A DNA stretch of 63,237 bases, counting the filler, from Stramenopiles sp. TOSAG23-6 (lineage: Eukaryota), in the NCBI GenBank assembly GCA_900128565.1. It is 8 parts of 8 records of this genome, joined end to end, with 100 filler letters (N's around TTAATTAATTAA, not from the genome) between each part and the next. Parts side by side here need not be neighbours in the genome. Positions count along the whole stretch, not along the records: positions 35,322 to 46,983 come from LT636249.1; positions 47,084 to 58,738 come from LT636250.1; 6 more parts are not named here. The stretch is one strand, 5' to 3'. The position numbers and the translations under genes were made by a program. How positions within the stretch are numbered: the stretch's first letter is position 1; each line of letters begins with the position of its first letter. The notes under the pieces were generated by a model that saw nothing but the letters and a program-made list of their open reading frames with translations, had not been told where the DNA came from and did no database searches. This document shows, in pieces, positions 35,322 through 49,299 of this stretch.

Positions 35322-38300
35322 TTCATCAAGCATTTCTGTNTCATTGGGAGCAACTTGGGACACAGAAGCAGGTGTTTCAGATTCCGAAACTGTAATTTCT
35401 GGAACAGATGTGTTGAGCGAATTGTTATTACGAAGAAGAAGTATGTTTTGGTGTAATTCCAAATTGAGATTTTCGGGTAACAATTTGTTATGGTTTGGTG
35501 TGGACTTGACCCCATGATTGAGAAGCTCCTCAACCAATTTCTTACTGTGGACAATGTAAGCAAAATGCAAGGCAGTATTTCCATCATAAGTCGTTTTTTT
35601 AGCATCCGCTCCAGCCTGCAATAAATACAGAGCGCATGCAATGTGAGAATTGCATACAGCGTGAATTAATGGTGTGTAACCTTGGTTGTCGCATTCATTG
35701 ATATCGCATCCTGAACGAACAAGTTCCTGAATTGCAACGACATTTCCACTTTGTGCGGCGGCTGAAATAGGTTTTGTATATACTGGAAAAGTCCCAGAGT
35801 TATACTTGGATACAAACGAAGATATTGAAGACAACCTTTTTTGCATTTTATTTTGATCGATATTTGCTTTGTGCATATCGCTGCCATGTGGAGTCGCTCG
35901 AACTCTAGTAGAATCACGTGTTTCATTGCCATGGGGCATGTTTGCTTTAACAATAACAATTTTAACATCTTGGCTAGGTTTTACGTTTGGTTTCTTCTTT
36001 TGTTTCAGCAAGATAAGACCATANCCAGTATTTGGCGGTAATCTTGCACCTGTCTTCTTTCCGCCTTGTGGAACAGTCACTCCATTTGCTGATGGGTGTT
36101 GAAACAGATGTTGGCATAAATTCAACTCAGCTTCAACTTCATGCGAAGTTTTATTCTGCCTCGTATGTGACACAAAAGAAGTATCACCACCAACATGCAT
36201 TTTTTGCATTGAAAGTCGATCGAATGCAGACGGCTCAAAAAGAACAACGCTATTTGAATGTTCTTTTTGAGATGAACTTGTCATTTCTATTTCAGTATTC
36301 GTGTTTTGTTTTGGGGTTGCTTTTTTCATTGCTACTTGTTTAGCTATTTTCTCGTCAATATCAGGAAATTTATCTGGCATAACACCTTCACTATTTTTTG
36401 AATTACGNGGATGAGGCTTTTTTTTCGTTCCAGNCCGGTGCTTCATAGATGTAGATATAACCCCAACTTCAACATTGTCATCAACTGGATGAGGCATTAT
36501 CACTTCAATTGTGGATTTTCTTCTCTGTTTTGGAGGCTGGAATAAAATACTTAAACTATCCATGTATTTTTCATCCATTTTGCCCAATACCAATAAAGTA
36601 CTTTCCCACATTTCACTTTCTCTTTGTTTGATTTCTTGCATTCTCCTCTTTGCTTTTAGGAACGACCGACTACTGTTTTGATCGAGTAAATGATCATTCA
36701 TTATTTTTTCTAATTGCTCTATCAATTCTTGTGTAGCATACGCATCAGTATCAATATGATTCTTCATTGCTTTAAACGCTGAAATTATTTTATTCAATTC
36801 TTGTTCGACATTATCAATCACATTAGTAGTCTGAGTAGATTGTGTAGAAGTAGTATCNGAAGAAGTAGATACTACGCCAACCGGTCGCTTTAGTAATGTT
36901 TTTGTGCCGATACTAAGAATTTCCATATTCCATGCAGCGATATCGTTTAAAACTTGTANTTGTGACCCAATAACTTCATCGTTANCATCATCCGACAAAT
37001 CTCGACCGACCAGCCTCTCTAATTTTCCAGGAATTTGCATTGAAGCGTTGATGACACAGTTATTTGCATTGACGCTTTCACATGCATCATTAATAGATTT
37101 CACAAGGTCACTGATATCGTTAACGCATAACTCAGTATCTTCGCCACACTCAAACAATATAACGTCATCGGGGCTTTTACCTTGAGATCCTTCCACAAAA
37201 TTAGCACAAGCAGTATGTATAGCATCAATTATATTCTGTGCTGACGAAAGTTTCACATTTGCTGATGATATCCAAATGTCAATCAATCGATGGCGAAGTT
37301 CTTCCACCTCTGATATTGTCTCAATAGGCTCACCATTTTCGTCATCTTTGACGGGGACATAACCACTGATTCGAACATTGTACGATCCACCATCAGTTCC
37401 CTGATTTTGGATAGCCATTTGCATACACGATTTTCGATATTCATTTATGGATTCTGCTGAAGTTTTTGCACTCGACATGATAATACTTATTGGAACTCCG
37501 TGTGATTTCATGCTTGCCTCCGCTTCTCGTTTAGCTGATTCGGCCGCCTCGGCAACTGCGGTAACTAGTTCAGCTTTTGCACTTTCAAGAGATTTGTTCA
37601 AATTAATTATATCAGTTCGCAAATCTTCACATATAGCTTCCACAGCTGCAACTTTTTTTGCGGCATCATTTTCTGCTTGTAACTTTGCCGCCGCAATTTC
37701 TTTCTCTGCTTCAATTGCACGTTCTTCGGCTTTTGCTGCCCGGCCTTGTTCAAATTCAACTAATTTTGTGAGTTTTGTGATTTCATTTTCACTTCGGTCA
37801 AGTTTTGCCTGTGTTTCCCGAAGGTTTGCTTCAACTTCTGCTTTCCCAGAACCTGCGCTTCGAGCTTTCTCCTTCAAAGCTGATATTTCAGAATCAAATT
37901 TTAAAGCCTTTTCCTCTAGCTCATTGTATTTTTCTTGTGTATCGGAAAGTTGTTTTTTAAGTTCCATTATATTTTGCTTATCTGATGCAGCTGCTGCTCC
38001 ACTGTTTTGAGCTTTTTTGATCTCATTCTCCAAATCTTCCCGTAATTTTTGGACTGTTTCATTTAATGAAATTACAACAACATCTTTCTTTTCAAGTTCC
38101 AAAGTAAACTCTTGTTCAATAAGCTTACGTTGAGTCGCAATCTTTTCCTTGAGACCTGAATTTTTCCCCATATCTGCAATATTTTTCTTTAGGCTTAAAA
38201 TTAATTCCTTTGAACTCTTTGCTTCTAGCTGTGATTCTTTCAACGCAAGCTCAGTTTTCTGTAGCGTTTCTTGGCATTCTCTTAGCTCCACCTTTGCCAG

Positions 38301-41300
38301 ATGACTTTCCCTCTCAATATCGCGTTGTTCTTGTACCATAGATCTCATATTCCCCGAGTACTTAGCATTTTCCATACTTGCTTTATCGAAAGCTTTTTGA
38401 ACAACGCGCAATGCGTCTTCGGCAACTTGAACCTTTTCTGCTGAATCCGCTTTGATCGTCTTGTTTAGAGCTTTAAGTTCATCTACTCTTACTTCCATTG
38501 TACCATAGTCATCAGCCATACGCTCAAAGTCATTAATTTGTTCCTGTGCACTCTCTATCTCCCGCTTTAACTGGCGTTCACGTGCTACCATACCAACGGC
38601 ATCAATTGCTCTAAGGGGTTCTAATTCTGACGCCAAGCGAGCATTTTTGAAGTGTAATAATGCAACTTTGCCTTTCAAATGTCGATTCTGTTGATACAAC
38701 TCCTTATTTTTAATCATTAGATTCTTTTCTTTTCCGACAGAAGTTTCTATTTGTCTACTTGTTACTATTTTATTTGATTTCATTAAAACCATAGATGTCA
38801 TTGCATTTGAATTGCCATTAACCTCTTTCAGAGCATCTCTGACGTCTTCAAACTGTGTCTCCAAGTCTTTAACTTCTTCACGCAGCATGATTATAAGTTC
38901 CTCCAAACTCCTATTTTTCTTTACGAGTTTGTTTCTTTGGATACCCCACTGTTCTTGAGTTTCGAGATTTATTTCATCACTTTTATCGATGGTAGCTGCC
39001 CTGAGAAGTTTTGTTTTAATTTCGCTGAGTTCCTTTTGCAATTGTTTTTCATTTTCTTGTAACTTTTCTTTTCGTTTACTAAGGACATCAACATTTTTTT
39101 CCATTTTCTGATTATCCACTTCGATACTTTGGGGTTCGAGATTNAATGATGCACCTGGAGAGTGTTTTAAAACAAATGGTGGTACATTCAGCCCTCCACG
39201 AATCGTNCCAATATCATGCCCTGTGTTAGATAAAAACTGATGAAATTGATGTTCTAGTAAACGTTTTTCGGCTCTTGCTATATTTGCCTTTGTTCGCTCA
39301 AATTCAAGTAATCTAGAAACTGGGGATGCTGCAGCGAAAGATAATTTATCGTTATTTATATCAGCATATGTGGTGCTCGCAATTTTACGAATCTTTTGGA
39401 ACTCTCTCACNTCATTCATTTCAGATTGAATCGTAGTAAATTGGTCAAATATATTTTGTCTATTTCGAACAAGCTCATCCCGCATCATGGTGATTTCTTC
39501 TGTTTCGTCTTTGACTTCGTCAAATGACTCCTTTAAAGCACTTACGACTTGTTCATGTGAATTTTTCGCAGCTATCGCAGCAGCTTTCAGTTCTTCCACT
39601 TTTTGAAATAGAACTTCGTTTTCATCCAAAAGTGTATCAATTGAGCTTCTCGTTTCCTTGTTTTTTTTCTCTTGCGAGGACGTTAGAGTAGATGTATCCA
39701 AGCTTGTACCAACACTAAGCGAATTACAATCTGAAGTACTTATCAATACATCGCGTAACCTTCGATTCTCAGCTCTAAGGGTACTTGAAGTCATAACTTC
39801 ATTCGTTGCTAGTTGAGCAAGACGCCTCCTTCTCGCGTCATATTCTCCATCATCTGCTCCGTCGATAGATCCTCGAATTACATCTACTTTCAATTTTTCT
39901 ACCTCCTCAGAAAGATTTATATTATCATGCACTAAAGACATGAATGCATGAACCCCAAGGGAGCTGTTTATCGAATTTTCATTACTTGTTTCCATTTGTG
40001 ATACATTAGGTGGTTCTGTATCATTATCATTATTATTTTCATCTTTATTCTCAACTTCATCCAAATTTGATATAGTTGATGCAATAGCTTCTTCATTGGA
40101 TTTATTTACTTGTTTACAGTCAAGCTTCATTTGATTTTCGATGCTGGTCATCATTTTTTCTATCTTTACATCTAAAAATTCTCGTCTAATTTGATCATCT
40201 TGATCTTTATATTTCTCTAATGACAATTTTGCCGTGTTCAATTGAATTTGTAAATCGTCTATTTCTGCTTGCAGTTTGAGTTTTATATCAGTTGATTCAA
40301 TAATTTCATTCTCATTTACTTCAATTTCCTCTTTTGACAATGAATCAAACTCTTGAGGTTTTACAAGTATACCTTGATCATCACTAACCATATTACTATC
40401 ATCTACATTACTTTCTTCTCCTCGGTCTTTTGTATCTTTTTTCATTTGGAAATTCTCTGCGGTTTCTTGGCGTTTTCGAGTCTTATCTTCTGTACGTTGC
40501 CGCATTTTCCCATTTCGCTTTCTTTTTGCTTCCCCTACTTTTTGGGTTTGGACCTTTCCTTCCTTCAAATTTGTCTTCAGTTTAGCTTTTGCACGACTTT
40601 TTCTTTCAAGATCCATTTCTTTCTCCATTTCACGTTGGTTCAATTCAGAAGCATCATCATAATCAGAATTTGACGACCAAATTCCACCTGTTTCTCCAGT
40701 ATCTTCATCACTTTGAACGTCTTTTTTTTCTTTCTTTACTGTCTTCTTTCTATGACTTTTAGGCCGTGATTTAATTGCATTNCGAGTACGCTTATGTTTC
40801 CCAGGAATACCTAATTTTGTGTGTTCTTCTTCAGTGTACATTTCTTCTTTTAAACTTTCTTTAAGTTTTGTCAATGTTGTATCTTGTTCTGCTATTCTGA
40901 TTTGCAATGCCTCGGCTTCAGCTGTTTTTTTCTCTAATGTTTTTGTCACAATGGCGAGTTTGTCTGCCGTAGGAAGAAGCCCACCAATTTTATTTTCAAG
41001 TTTATGAATTTGGTTATTTGCATCTTCAAGATCCTTCTCAAGTTCTTTTGATTCAAGTAAATTATTTCGCAATTCATCATTCTCCCATTTCGCGAAGGAT
41101 CCGACATCGTTTATCGTACTGGAGCCTTCAATAACTTTGTTCAATTCTTCGCTTATATACACTTCTAAATTTTTATTTTTCATTTCTAAATTACGCACAA
41201 GTTTTGCTGATTTGGTTTCCTTTAACTCCATTTCTAGTTTTAGTGCTTTTACTTCTTTTGAATTATCATTTGTGACAGTGTTAGTTGTCGGAAACCCGGT

Positions 41301-42008
41301 AGCATTATTTGCTATGCCAGTCTCCAAAATTGTATTTTTCTGCTTCATTTCTCTAGCTTTAGTCCGCGCGTTTTTCAGTTTCTTTTCCAGANTATTACAC
41401 TTTTCTCTAGATGATGCTAGACTTGCTTTCATTGTTTCTATTTGTATCTTTATTTTGTTGTAGTCTTCATCTTGGTCCTCATCACCGCTACCTTGTTTTT
41501 TTGATATGGCAAATTTCTGTAGTATATCATTTTGCTCTAGGATACTCTTATTTTCATCTTTAAGTGCTAAAAGCTGATCATTCAGCTTACTAATTTCCAT
41601 ATGCAAATCATCAGTATCTGATCTTTTTAAGAGAACATCAGGTTGTACATGTTTTGAGGAGGCTTTAGCAGCAGTCTGAGGCCTTCTTTTGATGTATTCC
41701 TGACCAGCCTTTGTGGTTTTAACATATGCCAGAACTCTCTCTATCTCTCTCTTTGATGGAATATCACTTTTTAGGCTCTTCTGTTTTTTTGACGCAGTTG
41801 GTGTCACTGGTGAAGACATCTTTTCTTCATATGAATGCAACTTATCACGAGAATCCCACGACGTTGCGTCTTCTGTGAGCTTGCTCCCTGATGGGGCATG
41901 ATTCTGGATAAAGTTGTCTAGAGACTCTCTCTCACGAAGTGTCGCAGCTGTCAGCTTTGAGAAGAGCTCATCTGGATCTATTTCATCGTCGGAGTCGTAT
42001 TCGCTCAT
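35322..42008 (-). CDS. Large coiled-coil protein with C-terminal ankyrin repeats, copy 2 (3' truncated)
   Basis: >2200-aa ORF; ankyrin motifs near the C-terminus. Confidence 0.85.
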
Positions 42009-42237
42009 TCTAGAACGTTTTAACTGGAAATTGTAATCTTTGGTTGATACTTGATTGGTTAAGACTTAGTCACTTTTTCCATCGGATCAAATCTGTAACG
42101 TCTGCTGTCGAAGTCAAAATCTCCGATTTTTGAGACCTGTGTCCGCAGCTGCGGGTCACTCAATCTCTGGCGTGGTACCATCCAGTGGTTCTTGTGTGGT
42201 AGTATCATTGGTTTTTAAGATCTTAAAAAGTACTCAG

Positions 42238-42645
42238 ATGTACGGCATCGAGATGATGCCACACGAAGCAAGCCTCGACATTTCAGATAAAGCAAACAAC
42301 AATCTACACCTGGAACAAAGAAATGACAAGGAGAATCAAAGTAGTGAAAACAAACTCAATAACCAATTTAGGCAACCTCCAGATTACAAGAAGTTTTTTT
42401 TGGAAGGTTTGAAAGTTTTTCAAGAGGAAAGAAAACAAATCTTATTGATGATAAAAAAACTTAGAAAATTGGGGTTTACATCTCGGGATAGTCAACGTGC
42501 TNTCAGAGTATCAGGTGGTAACTATGCACGAGCCAAGGAATTGTTACTGGCAAGACTTCGACTAAATGGAAGTTGTTCAACCCCACCGTTACCACGGCGA
42601 AAACCATTAAGCAGTGCAGCAATNGAACGAANTCCATTNGGCTAA
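42238..42645 (+). CDS. Small UBA-like domain protein, copy 2
   Basis: Identical to 6935-7342. Confidence 0.6.
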   Translation: MYGIEMMPHEASLDISDKANNNLHLEQRNDKENQSSENKLNNQFRQPPDYKKFFLEGLKVFQEERKQILLMIKKLRKLGFTSRDSQRAXRVSGGNYARAKELLLARLRLNGSCSTPPLPRRKPLSSAAXERXPXG

Positions 42646-42792
42646 GCAGCACTAACCCAACAACGCGGACANANAANGTATCAAGCANAGTGTTATAGTA
42701 AAATTCGTTTATTATAAATCAACAGTTGAATGAAAAAAGTATACACAAGAGTAAACAAAAAAAGAAATGATACTACCCTGTAATAAATGCTG

Positions 42793-44157
42793 TTATAAAG
42801 CACTTCTATTTGTCTTTGTACACTTTTTGTTGTTTTCAGGCACTCCACCACATGCCACAAATGCTCTCAAAAGAGCTTCACAAAAGTATTGTATTTCCTC
42901 TTCAGTGTTGTAGATGTGTACACAAACTCTAATAGCTTTCATGCGGAAGCTTACACTAATTCCTTCTTTTTCTTTGAGCCAAGATACTATATTTGATAAA
43001 TTAGGAAATTGAGTNCGAAGATTTCTTTCGCTTAATGGTACCCGAAGCCCAACGATATGTGGTGCGTGCCATGTAGGAACTCTAAAACCAAGAGAACGAG
43101 CATACGCTGCCAGTTTTGCAGTTTTTGGTTGGCAATAACGGGCAATGCAATCACTGGAAGGCTCTTGCAGGGAAGTTACCACACGCAGCGCAGCGTGTAA
43201 CATAGGAACCCCGATAGGATTTGGTCTCCCACCTGTATCAAATTTTCTTGCACCAACCATATATTCTTCAGTGTATCCAAGATTACCTCCCAGCATCATA
43301 CCACCCTCAGTAAAGAACGAGTCCTTCTGTTTAGCTGTAAGTCCTGTTGGTGGCTTTCTATTTCTGTCATGAAAGCTGTCAGGTTCAAATAAAGGTATCC
43401 ACTTTGGTGCTATATACAGTAAACAAAATCCGTATGGTCCTAATAACCATTTATGAGTGCTGCATGCTATGATATCTGCACTAACATACGAATTATTGAA
43501 TGGTATAACTCCTATAGACTGAGTCAGGTCGAGAATAAGCGTTATCTTGGGAAATTTTCGGCAACGTAAAGCAATTTTTCCAATATCGAGCATACTACCA
43601 TCCGACCAATGACATTGTGGTAAAGCAACAATCTTCACATTATAATTACTTATAGTTGAAAGTACTGCAGATGTCCAATCAAAATCACGTGGACGAGGAA
43701 CGACAACCAACGAGCTACCTGGACATCTTTTCACAAGCGCTTGCCAAGGCATAACGTTACTATGGTTCTGGCTCTCAAGTACCAAGATACTTTCTGTTGG
43801 GTTGAGATGAAGATTGCGAGAGACATTGCTTAATGCTGCTGAGGTAGATCCAGTGAGAGAAATAGTATTGCTATGGACTCCAAGTAGAGTAGAGTACATA
43901 TCTTTAACCTTTGCTACAAGTTCCGTCGATTCTGGAATAGTCCAGGGTAAAGTTTTCTCAGCCACAGCACGTTGACCTTCTTCTCGAACACATTTAAGGT
44001 TCGGCGACCTTGAAGCACCATTGAGATATACAGGCCTGTCAGGCAATTCAAACAGATGTCGCATGCAGGGGAATGCACAGCCTAAATTGTTGAAATTTGT
44101 TGAAACAGTGCTCTTGTTCACCATCGAAACGAGTGATCTGAAGTCAGAATTGGTCAC
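42793..44157 (-). CDS. PLP-dependent class-V aminotransferase, copy 2
   Basis: Identical to 7490-8854. Confidence 0.9.
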   Translation of the reverse strand: MTNSDFRSLVSMVNKSTVSTNFNNLGCAFPCMRHLFELPDRPVYLNGASRSPNLKCVREEGQRAVAEKTLPWTIPESTELVAKVKDMYSTLLGVHSNTISLTGSTSAALSNVSRNLHLNPTESILVLESQNHSNVMPWQALVKRCPGSSLVVVPRPRDFDWTSAVLSTISNYNVKIVALPQCHWSDGSMLDIGKIALRCRKFPKITLILDLTQSIGVIPFNNSYVSADIIACSTHKWLLGPYGFCLLYIAPKWIPLFEPDSFHDRNRKPPTGLTAKQKDSFFTEGGMMLGGNLGYTEEYMVGARKFDTGGRPNPIGVPMLHAALRVVTSLQEPSSDCIARYCQPKTAKLAAYARSLGFRVPTWHAPHIVGLRVPLSERNLXTQFPNLSNIVSWLKEKEGISVSFRMKAIRVCVHIYNTEEEIQYFCEALLRAFVACGGVPENNKKCTKTNRSAL

Positions 44158-44319
44158 AACAGTGAAACACCGTTTTGAATTTGCTACTATTTTTTTAAAA
44201 TTTATTTTTCAAGTTTATACCATACGTAGGCCAGGCCAGGGTTCCTTTCATATTCCAAAATAAAGTGCTGGTATAATTTATGACACAGTATGGCGTAATT
44301 AAACTTATTATTGTTTTAT

Positions 44320-45270
44320 TTATTTAGATCTGTTGGAGAACATGTTGACAATTTTAAAGCAATCCTCTATTTCAGTTGAAATCCCTCTAGAAGCAAATAA
44401 GCGACGATATCGTCCAAATTCCCTGTTCAATCTAACACTTTTCGCACCAGCCTCAAGTAGCATCTCTGTGACTCTCTTATGCCCAGAAAGTACAGCTACA
44501 CTTACTAGATTAAATCTTGATCCACCCGTTACTTCCGGATCCAAAATTTCGATAAGCTCGGAATCATACAAATTCACATTCACCCCTGCCTGAAGAATTT
44601 CTTTTACGAGATCTACTCGTTCTTCAACTTCTGCGGTAAACAACGTTCCATATTCAGCATTATACGGATGAATTGTGTCGCCTTTCATTATCGCAACTTC
44701 AAGCAGATCATATAAATCTCTTGGACCTAAATCTTTAAAGCCAACACCGTAATAGTTAAGTACCTGTTGATAAGTAACTAAGTTCGAATATTCGCGACTG
44801 GAATCAAAGAATCCTGCGTAAATCTGTGAAGGTCTTTGATATTTCTGATCATAGTATAACTTTGGCAGCCTTTGATTATTGGGGATGACAGCCTTAAGAT
44901 CGTTTAGCATAGTATTATAGACTCCGAAAGTAACATCATCAACGTTAGCAGTAAGTCCCGAGTATTTTCGAGATAGGTCTTCTTGTTCAAGGATTGAACG
45001 TACGTGTTCATGGGAAATATGATAAAGGTCGTGGAATGTGGCATACCATTCAGGGTCATGCTTCGTTAGAGGGGATGGAGATTCATCATCTTCACGAAAG
45101 CCAAAAGACGAACCTGAATCCAAGAAAATTTCTTCTTCATCGAAAGACCTGGGACTATCTTCAGTAGTAGCGGCATGGTCACCGGAAAGACCATTAATAG
45201 CACTTCCTACTTGTGTTCGCATCCCTATCGATGGTTGCACAAGAAAAAGACATAAGAGAGTACAAAACAT
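44320..45270 (-). CDS. Putative secreted ankyrin-like protein, copy 2
   Basis: Identical to 9017-9967. Confidence 0.7.
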   Translation of the reverse strand: MFCTLLCLFLVQPSIGMRTQVGSAINGLSGDHAATTEDSPRSFDEEEIFLDSGSSFGFREDDESPSPLTKHDPEWYATFHDLYHISHEHVRSILEQEDLSRKYSGLTANVDDVTFGVYNTMLNDLKAVIPNNQRLPKLYYDQKYQRPSQIYAGFFDSSREYSNLVTYQQVLNYYGVGFKDLGPRDLYDLLEVAIMKGDTIHPYNAEYGTLFTAEVEERVDLVKEILQAGVNVNLYDSELIEILDPEVTGGSRFNLVSVAVLSGHKRVTEMLLEAGAKSVRLNREFGRYRRLFASRGISTEIEDCFKIVNMFSNRSK

Positions 45271-45401
45271 TATTTTCTTTTGGGTAAATTATATAAGGTT
45301 AAGTTCTAGTTAAGATGTGACTAAAATATAGGGTACCTGAAGTAGTCAGTCGTAGGCAGAGTCGAGTTTCATGCAAGCGCGCAAGGGTAGTATTAGATTT
45401 A

Positions 45402-45956
45402 GGTTCAGTCCACGCAGCTTTTTTTGACGACACGACGAGCGACACGACACGGTTTTTAACCCTAACCCTCGTGTCGAATAGCTTAAGTAGCGACCTGTTT
45501 GTACCAAAATAATCGTGTCGTGTCGTCGTGTTTTTCAAAAAAGATTCTACAAAAACACATCGACACGACACGATTACATCGACACGACATGATTACTCAG
45601 CGCAAGTAAAACACGAAAGTGCAACGTTTTCACTCATAAAATGCATTCTAGGAAGTTTTCGATGCTGAATCTTTTTTTATAGGCTGCGTACACGATGTAC
45701 ACAACTATTCTCTAATATAACCATTTGTTTATTTTCACTATAATGCATTGTAAAATAAGAACTTTTATTTTTTCTCAGGTACACAGACCACAAATTGCTA
45801 TTAAATTTTTCCTTATTTCGTGTGTCATGTCGAGTCGTGTTGTGTATTTTTTTTTTTGTTCTGCATGGACACTTTTTTTTTTCTGAAAAGCATGATCTAT
45901 AATTTTCGTGTCGTGTCGCTTGTCGTGTCGCCAAAAAAAGCTGCGTGGACTGGACC
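45402..45956. mobile_element. PIF/Harbinger-type MITE, copy 2 (same locus)
   Basis: Identical to 10099-10653 with the same flanks. Confidence 0.9.
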
Positions 45957-46168
45957 TTAGATTAGTAGCAGCACGTGCAGATCTGCAGCAGTCTTTGACT
46001 TGACTTTGAGTTCAACTTATTTATGCGCTGGTCAAAATTAGGGTTAGGGTTAGGGATTCATGAGTCAGTCATGTGACATTTCAATCATGGCCAAGTCGAA
46101 TAAAAAATAAAATCTAAAATTAAATCTCTCGATTCAACGAAGTAAAACAAGGCATTCCTTCTTATAAA

Positions 46169-46877
46169 ATGGCAAGAACATTGTTATTTTACACTTTTAT
46201 TTTCTTAATTTATGATCTAGTAGTAGCTAAATTGCCATGTTTCAAGTATAGTGGAAAGAAGTTGGAGTGTTTTGTTTCTGGTTGTGAATATTATGGCAGC
46301 TTTTTATTAGGAAGTGTTGAGTTTCCAAAGAACGACTGTCATTTATCTATCACAAAGTATATCGAGGTACTTGATTCATATCGTGATTTTCTAGGTGTTG
46401 ATTTCTTACCTCTGAATAAAAGTGACCCTTCCAGCCATCATGTGCAAATGAAATTAAAAGTTCCTGAACGACTATTTAGGGAACCCCAAAGTCACAATGT
46501 CATAAAACTACTACCAACAGAGAATTGGACTAGACTCCAAAGAAATAATTATCTAAAAGAGTTATATTACAGAATGAAATCAATGCATATTACACCTCAT
46601 TTTATCGATCAAGTAGAAATACCATTTGAAAAAATCGATAAAAGGTGGATTTCACTATTTATTCAGAACAATCTAGAATTTTTTGAAAGTCAATTCGGCA
46701 AAAACTTTATTGTAGAAGATCATCTTACACCACTACGATTTCAACAATTATTAGAGAAGAGCAAATCATCAATTTTTGCGTCGTTAAGGATTGAAATCTT
46801 AAGTAATATAGGATCAAGTTTTTTCTGCAGTATTTTAACACTGCAATATTTGTTACTTAAAACTAGAGAATATGTAT
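46169..46877 (+). CDS. Putative secreted protein first exon, copy 2
   Basis: Identical to 10866-11574. Confidence 0.7.
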
Positions 46878-46983
46878 GTATGTTTTATATGAATTTCTAA
46901 TTTAATTTTTTCTGAAATGTTTTTTTCGTACGAAATTTCGTACCTAACAATTTTTTTAGATTTTTTTTTGAAATATTTTTTCA
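46878..46983 (+). other. Introner-like intron, truncated (duplicate of 11575-11680)
   Basis: Same sequence as copy 1. Confidence 0.8.
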
Positions 46984-47762
46984 NNNNNNNNNNNNNNNNN
47001 NNNNNNNNNNNNNNNNNNNNNNNNNNNTTAATTAATTAANNNNNNNNNNNNNNNNNNNNNNNNNNNNNNNNNNNNNNNNNNNNATACATNCATAAATNTT
47101 ATTATGCTCTATTGTATCACTATTATACTTGACCGTTCAATGTTGAACTTCTAGTAGTATAAATGGTTTGTCTCAACACATACAAGCATATTTTGATATG
47201 AAATACATGCAATAGTGTAACCCCAACGCTTCACATTAGTATATATATATATTGTGAGCGAAACGTTACGTTAAAGTACTCAAAAATATATACTAAAACA
47301 TTTATTATAGCACTACTTCTGGTACAAGAAATGAGAAAGATGCTCAGTTTGGAAATGTCATTCACAACTTCCAAATTGAATTCAAAATAATAAATGAATC
47401 AGACTGTAGCTTTGCATATGTACTAATCATGTGTACTCATAGCAGTATGTAGCTCGGCGTTCCATAATATTTCTATGAACATTGTCATTGAGATGCACTA
47501 AAGAGCAACTAGAAAGATACTATAATATCAAGGTAAATCATAGGTAAATCCTATATAGTAAATTGCCACGTGGCGGTTGTCTCATATTTTGTAAAATCTC
47601 ATATTCTGATCTGCGGTGGAGATCAGTCAGTCAAACACGAAAACCTCTTTTTTTTCAAAGAGAAAAAGAAAAACGTCCTTGGAAGGTTGGCCAAAAAAGA
47701 AGACAAAAAGGTGTTATATCTCTCGGATCAAGGTCAGAGCTTCTAAAACTCAGACTTGAAAT

Positions 47763-48673
47763 ATGCCCCCCCAAAAGAAGAAAGGGCGATGCTCCAAGAA
47801 GAAAGCAGAGAAGATTGATCTACTCATGTTGCTTCCAGATGATGTGCTAAAATTGATGGTTCAGTTACTCACAATAACAGAGCTAGCCAAAATGTCGGAA
47901 GTCTCTAAGCTGCTTAAAAGAATTGCACGACAGGCACCACTGTTTAAAGTTGCTTCGACTGGTCTTAACTTGATCAATACCTTTTACATGTATCAACACT
48001 TTGAAGAAGGAGAAAGTGATGTTGATCCAAGACTTAACACTGTGATCTCATTTAAAAAACTTGATGCATTCTCACAATTTACTGTTTTACTTGAGTTTCA
48101 TCAAAAGTGTGTTAAAAACCTTCGTATCCACTATGTTGATCTTCTTGTTGATGGTTGCAAAAAGACTTGCTTTGGGGAACCAATTGAATTTGTAAGAGAT
48201 GATAGAGCAATGATAGAGTACAATTTGCTTACCATTGAGAGACAAGCCCTCTTGGACAACATAGCCAGTGTGAGTATGGCACAAGATGACCTTTGTTATA
48301 ATGATGGTGAAGGAGGGCCATCTTATTATGCATCTGCATTTCTAGGTGATGTGCACGAACAATGGACTGGATCTTGGTATAGAGATTGGTTCCATTCTGA
48401 GATATTGCGTGGTCACACTTATGATGATGGTTCAGACTATGAGGGTTCTTTTGGTATTGGTAGTGATGAACATTTACGCGAGCTGCTAGTCTCTACAATG
48501 GATAATATTTGTAACTTAATGAGAGGTTTGTTTTATTTTTTTAATTTCGAATTTATATTTTTTCGTACGAAATTTTGTACCTAACGTATTTTTTTTAAAT
48601 ATTTTTCCAAAATACAGGTCGNTCCNAAGNANTGNCNAANGGCACNTATATTCCTAGGAAGACATCTATTTGA
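47763..48673 (+). CDS. F-box protein; exons 47763-48525 and 48618-~48673 (end uncertain, N-rich)
   Basis: F-box-like LLMLLPDDVLKLMVQLLTITELAKMSEVSKLLKRIA. Confidence 0.75.
48526..48617 (+). other. Introner-like intron, canonical GT-AG variant (92 nt)
   Basis: AG|GTTTGT...core...CCAAAATACAG|GT. Confidence 0.85.
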
Positions 48674-49299
48674 CTCATTACTTTGTTTTGACACAAACCC
48701 AGACTCTGTCACAGGATGTCTTGTCCAAGACTACTTTAAAAAGAAAATCCCAACAAAGTAAAAATTTGTTAATGTAATTTTGTATGAAAAAAGAATTGTA
48801 AAAATAATGGATAAAAATAACACCAAAAAGAGAGAATTTATTTCAATTTTTGTCTCTACAGGCAATGATAATATTGTATTAGTGTTTAAAGTCAAATTAA
48901 ACTTGATAATAAAACAAGTATACATTTTTTGACGTCTCGCATTCATCTTTTTTTTAGTTTTGTATTTTACATTTGCATTTTTTTGTGTGTTGATTGATAA
49001 AATGAATAAGCATCGCATTCAGTATGAGGAAAGTTTTGGAAAAAAAAAGACAAAGGAAGATAAACATAATGCGAAACGATTTGGTAAGCAAGAACAAGAA
49101 AGTACTAACAAAGTAGCAAAACGACGATCAATGAAAACAAAGCGATAGGAAGAAAGAAAATAAATCTTGAATCATATATTAAATACAGAAAATTGGTCTT
49201 TTATCGTTTTGTAAATTGTATGCCTACCAAGTTTTCGTGAGCTAGCGATGCCTACGATCAAGATAGAGACTTTATCCAAATACAACGAGGTAGCTCCTT

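Larger units (their letters stand above)
35322..46983. repeat. Duplicate of 1-11680 (copy 2)
   Basis: Near-identical sequence, same end points. Confidence 0.97.

Noticed and set aside
35322-46983. 11.7-kb segmental duplication or large mobile element
   Set aside because: Same end points and same N positions as 1-11680; best explained as a redundant or allelic contig
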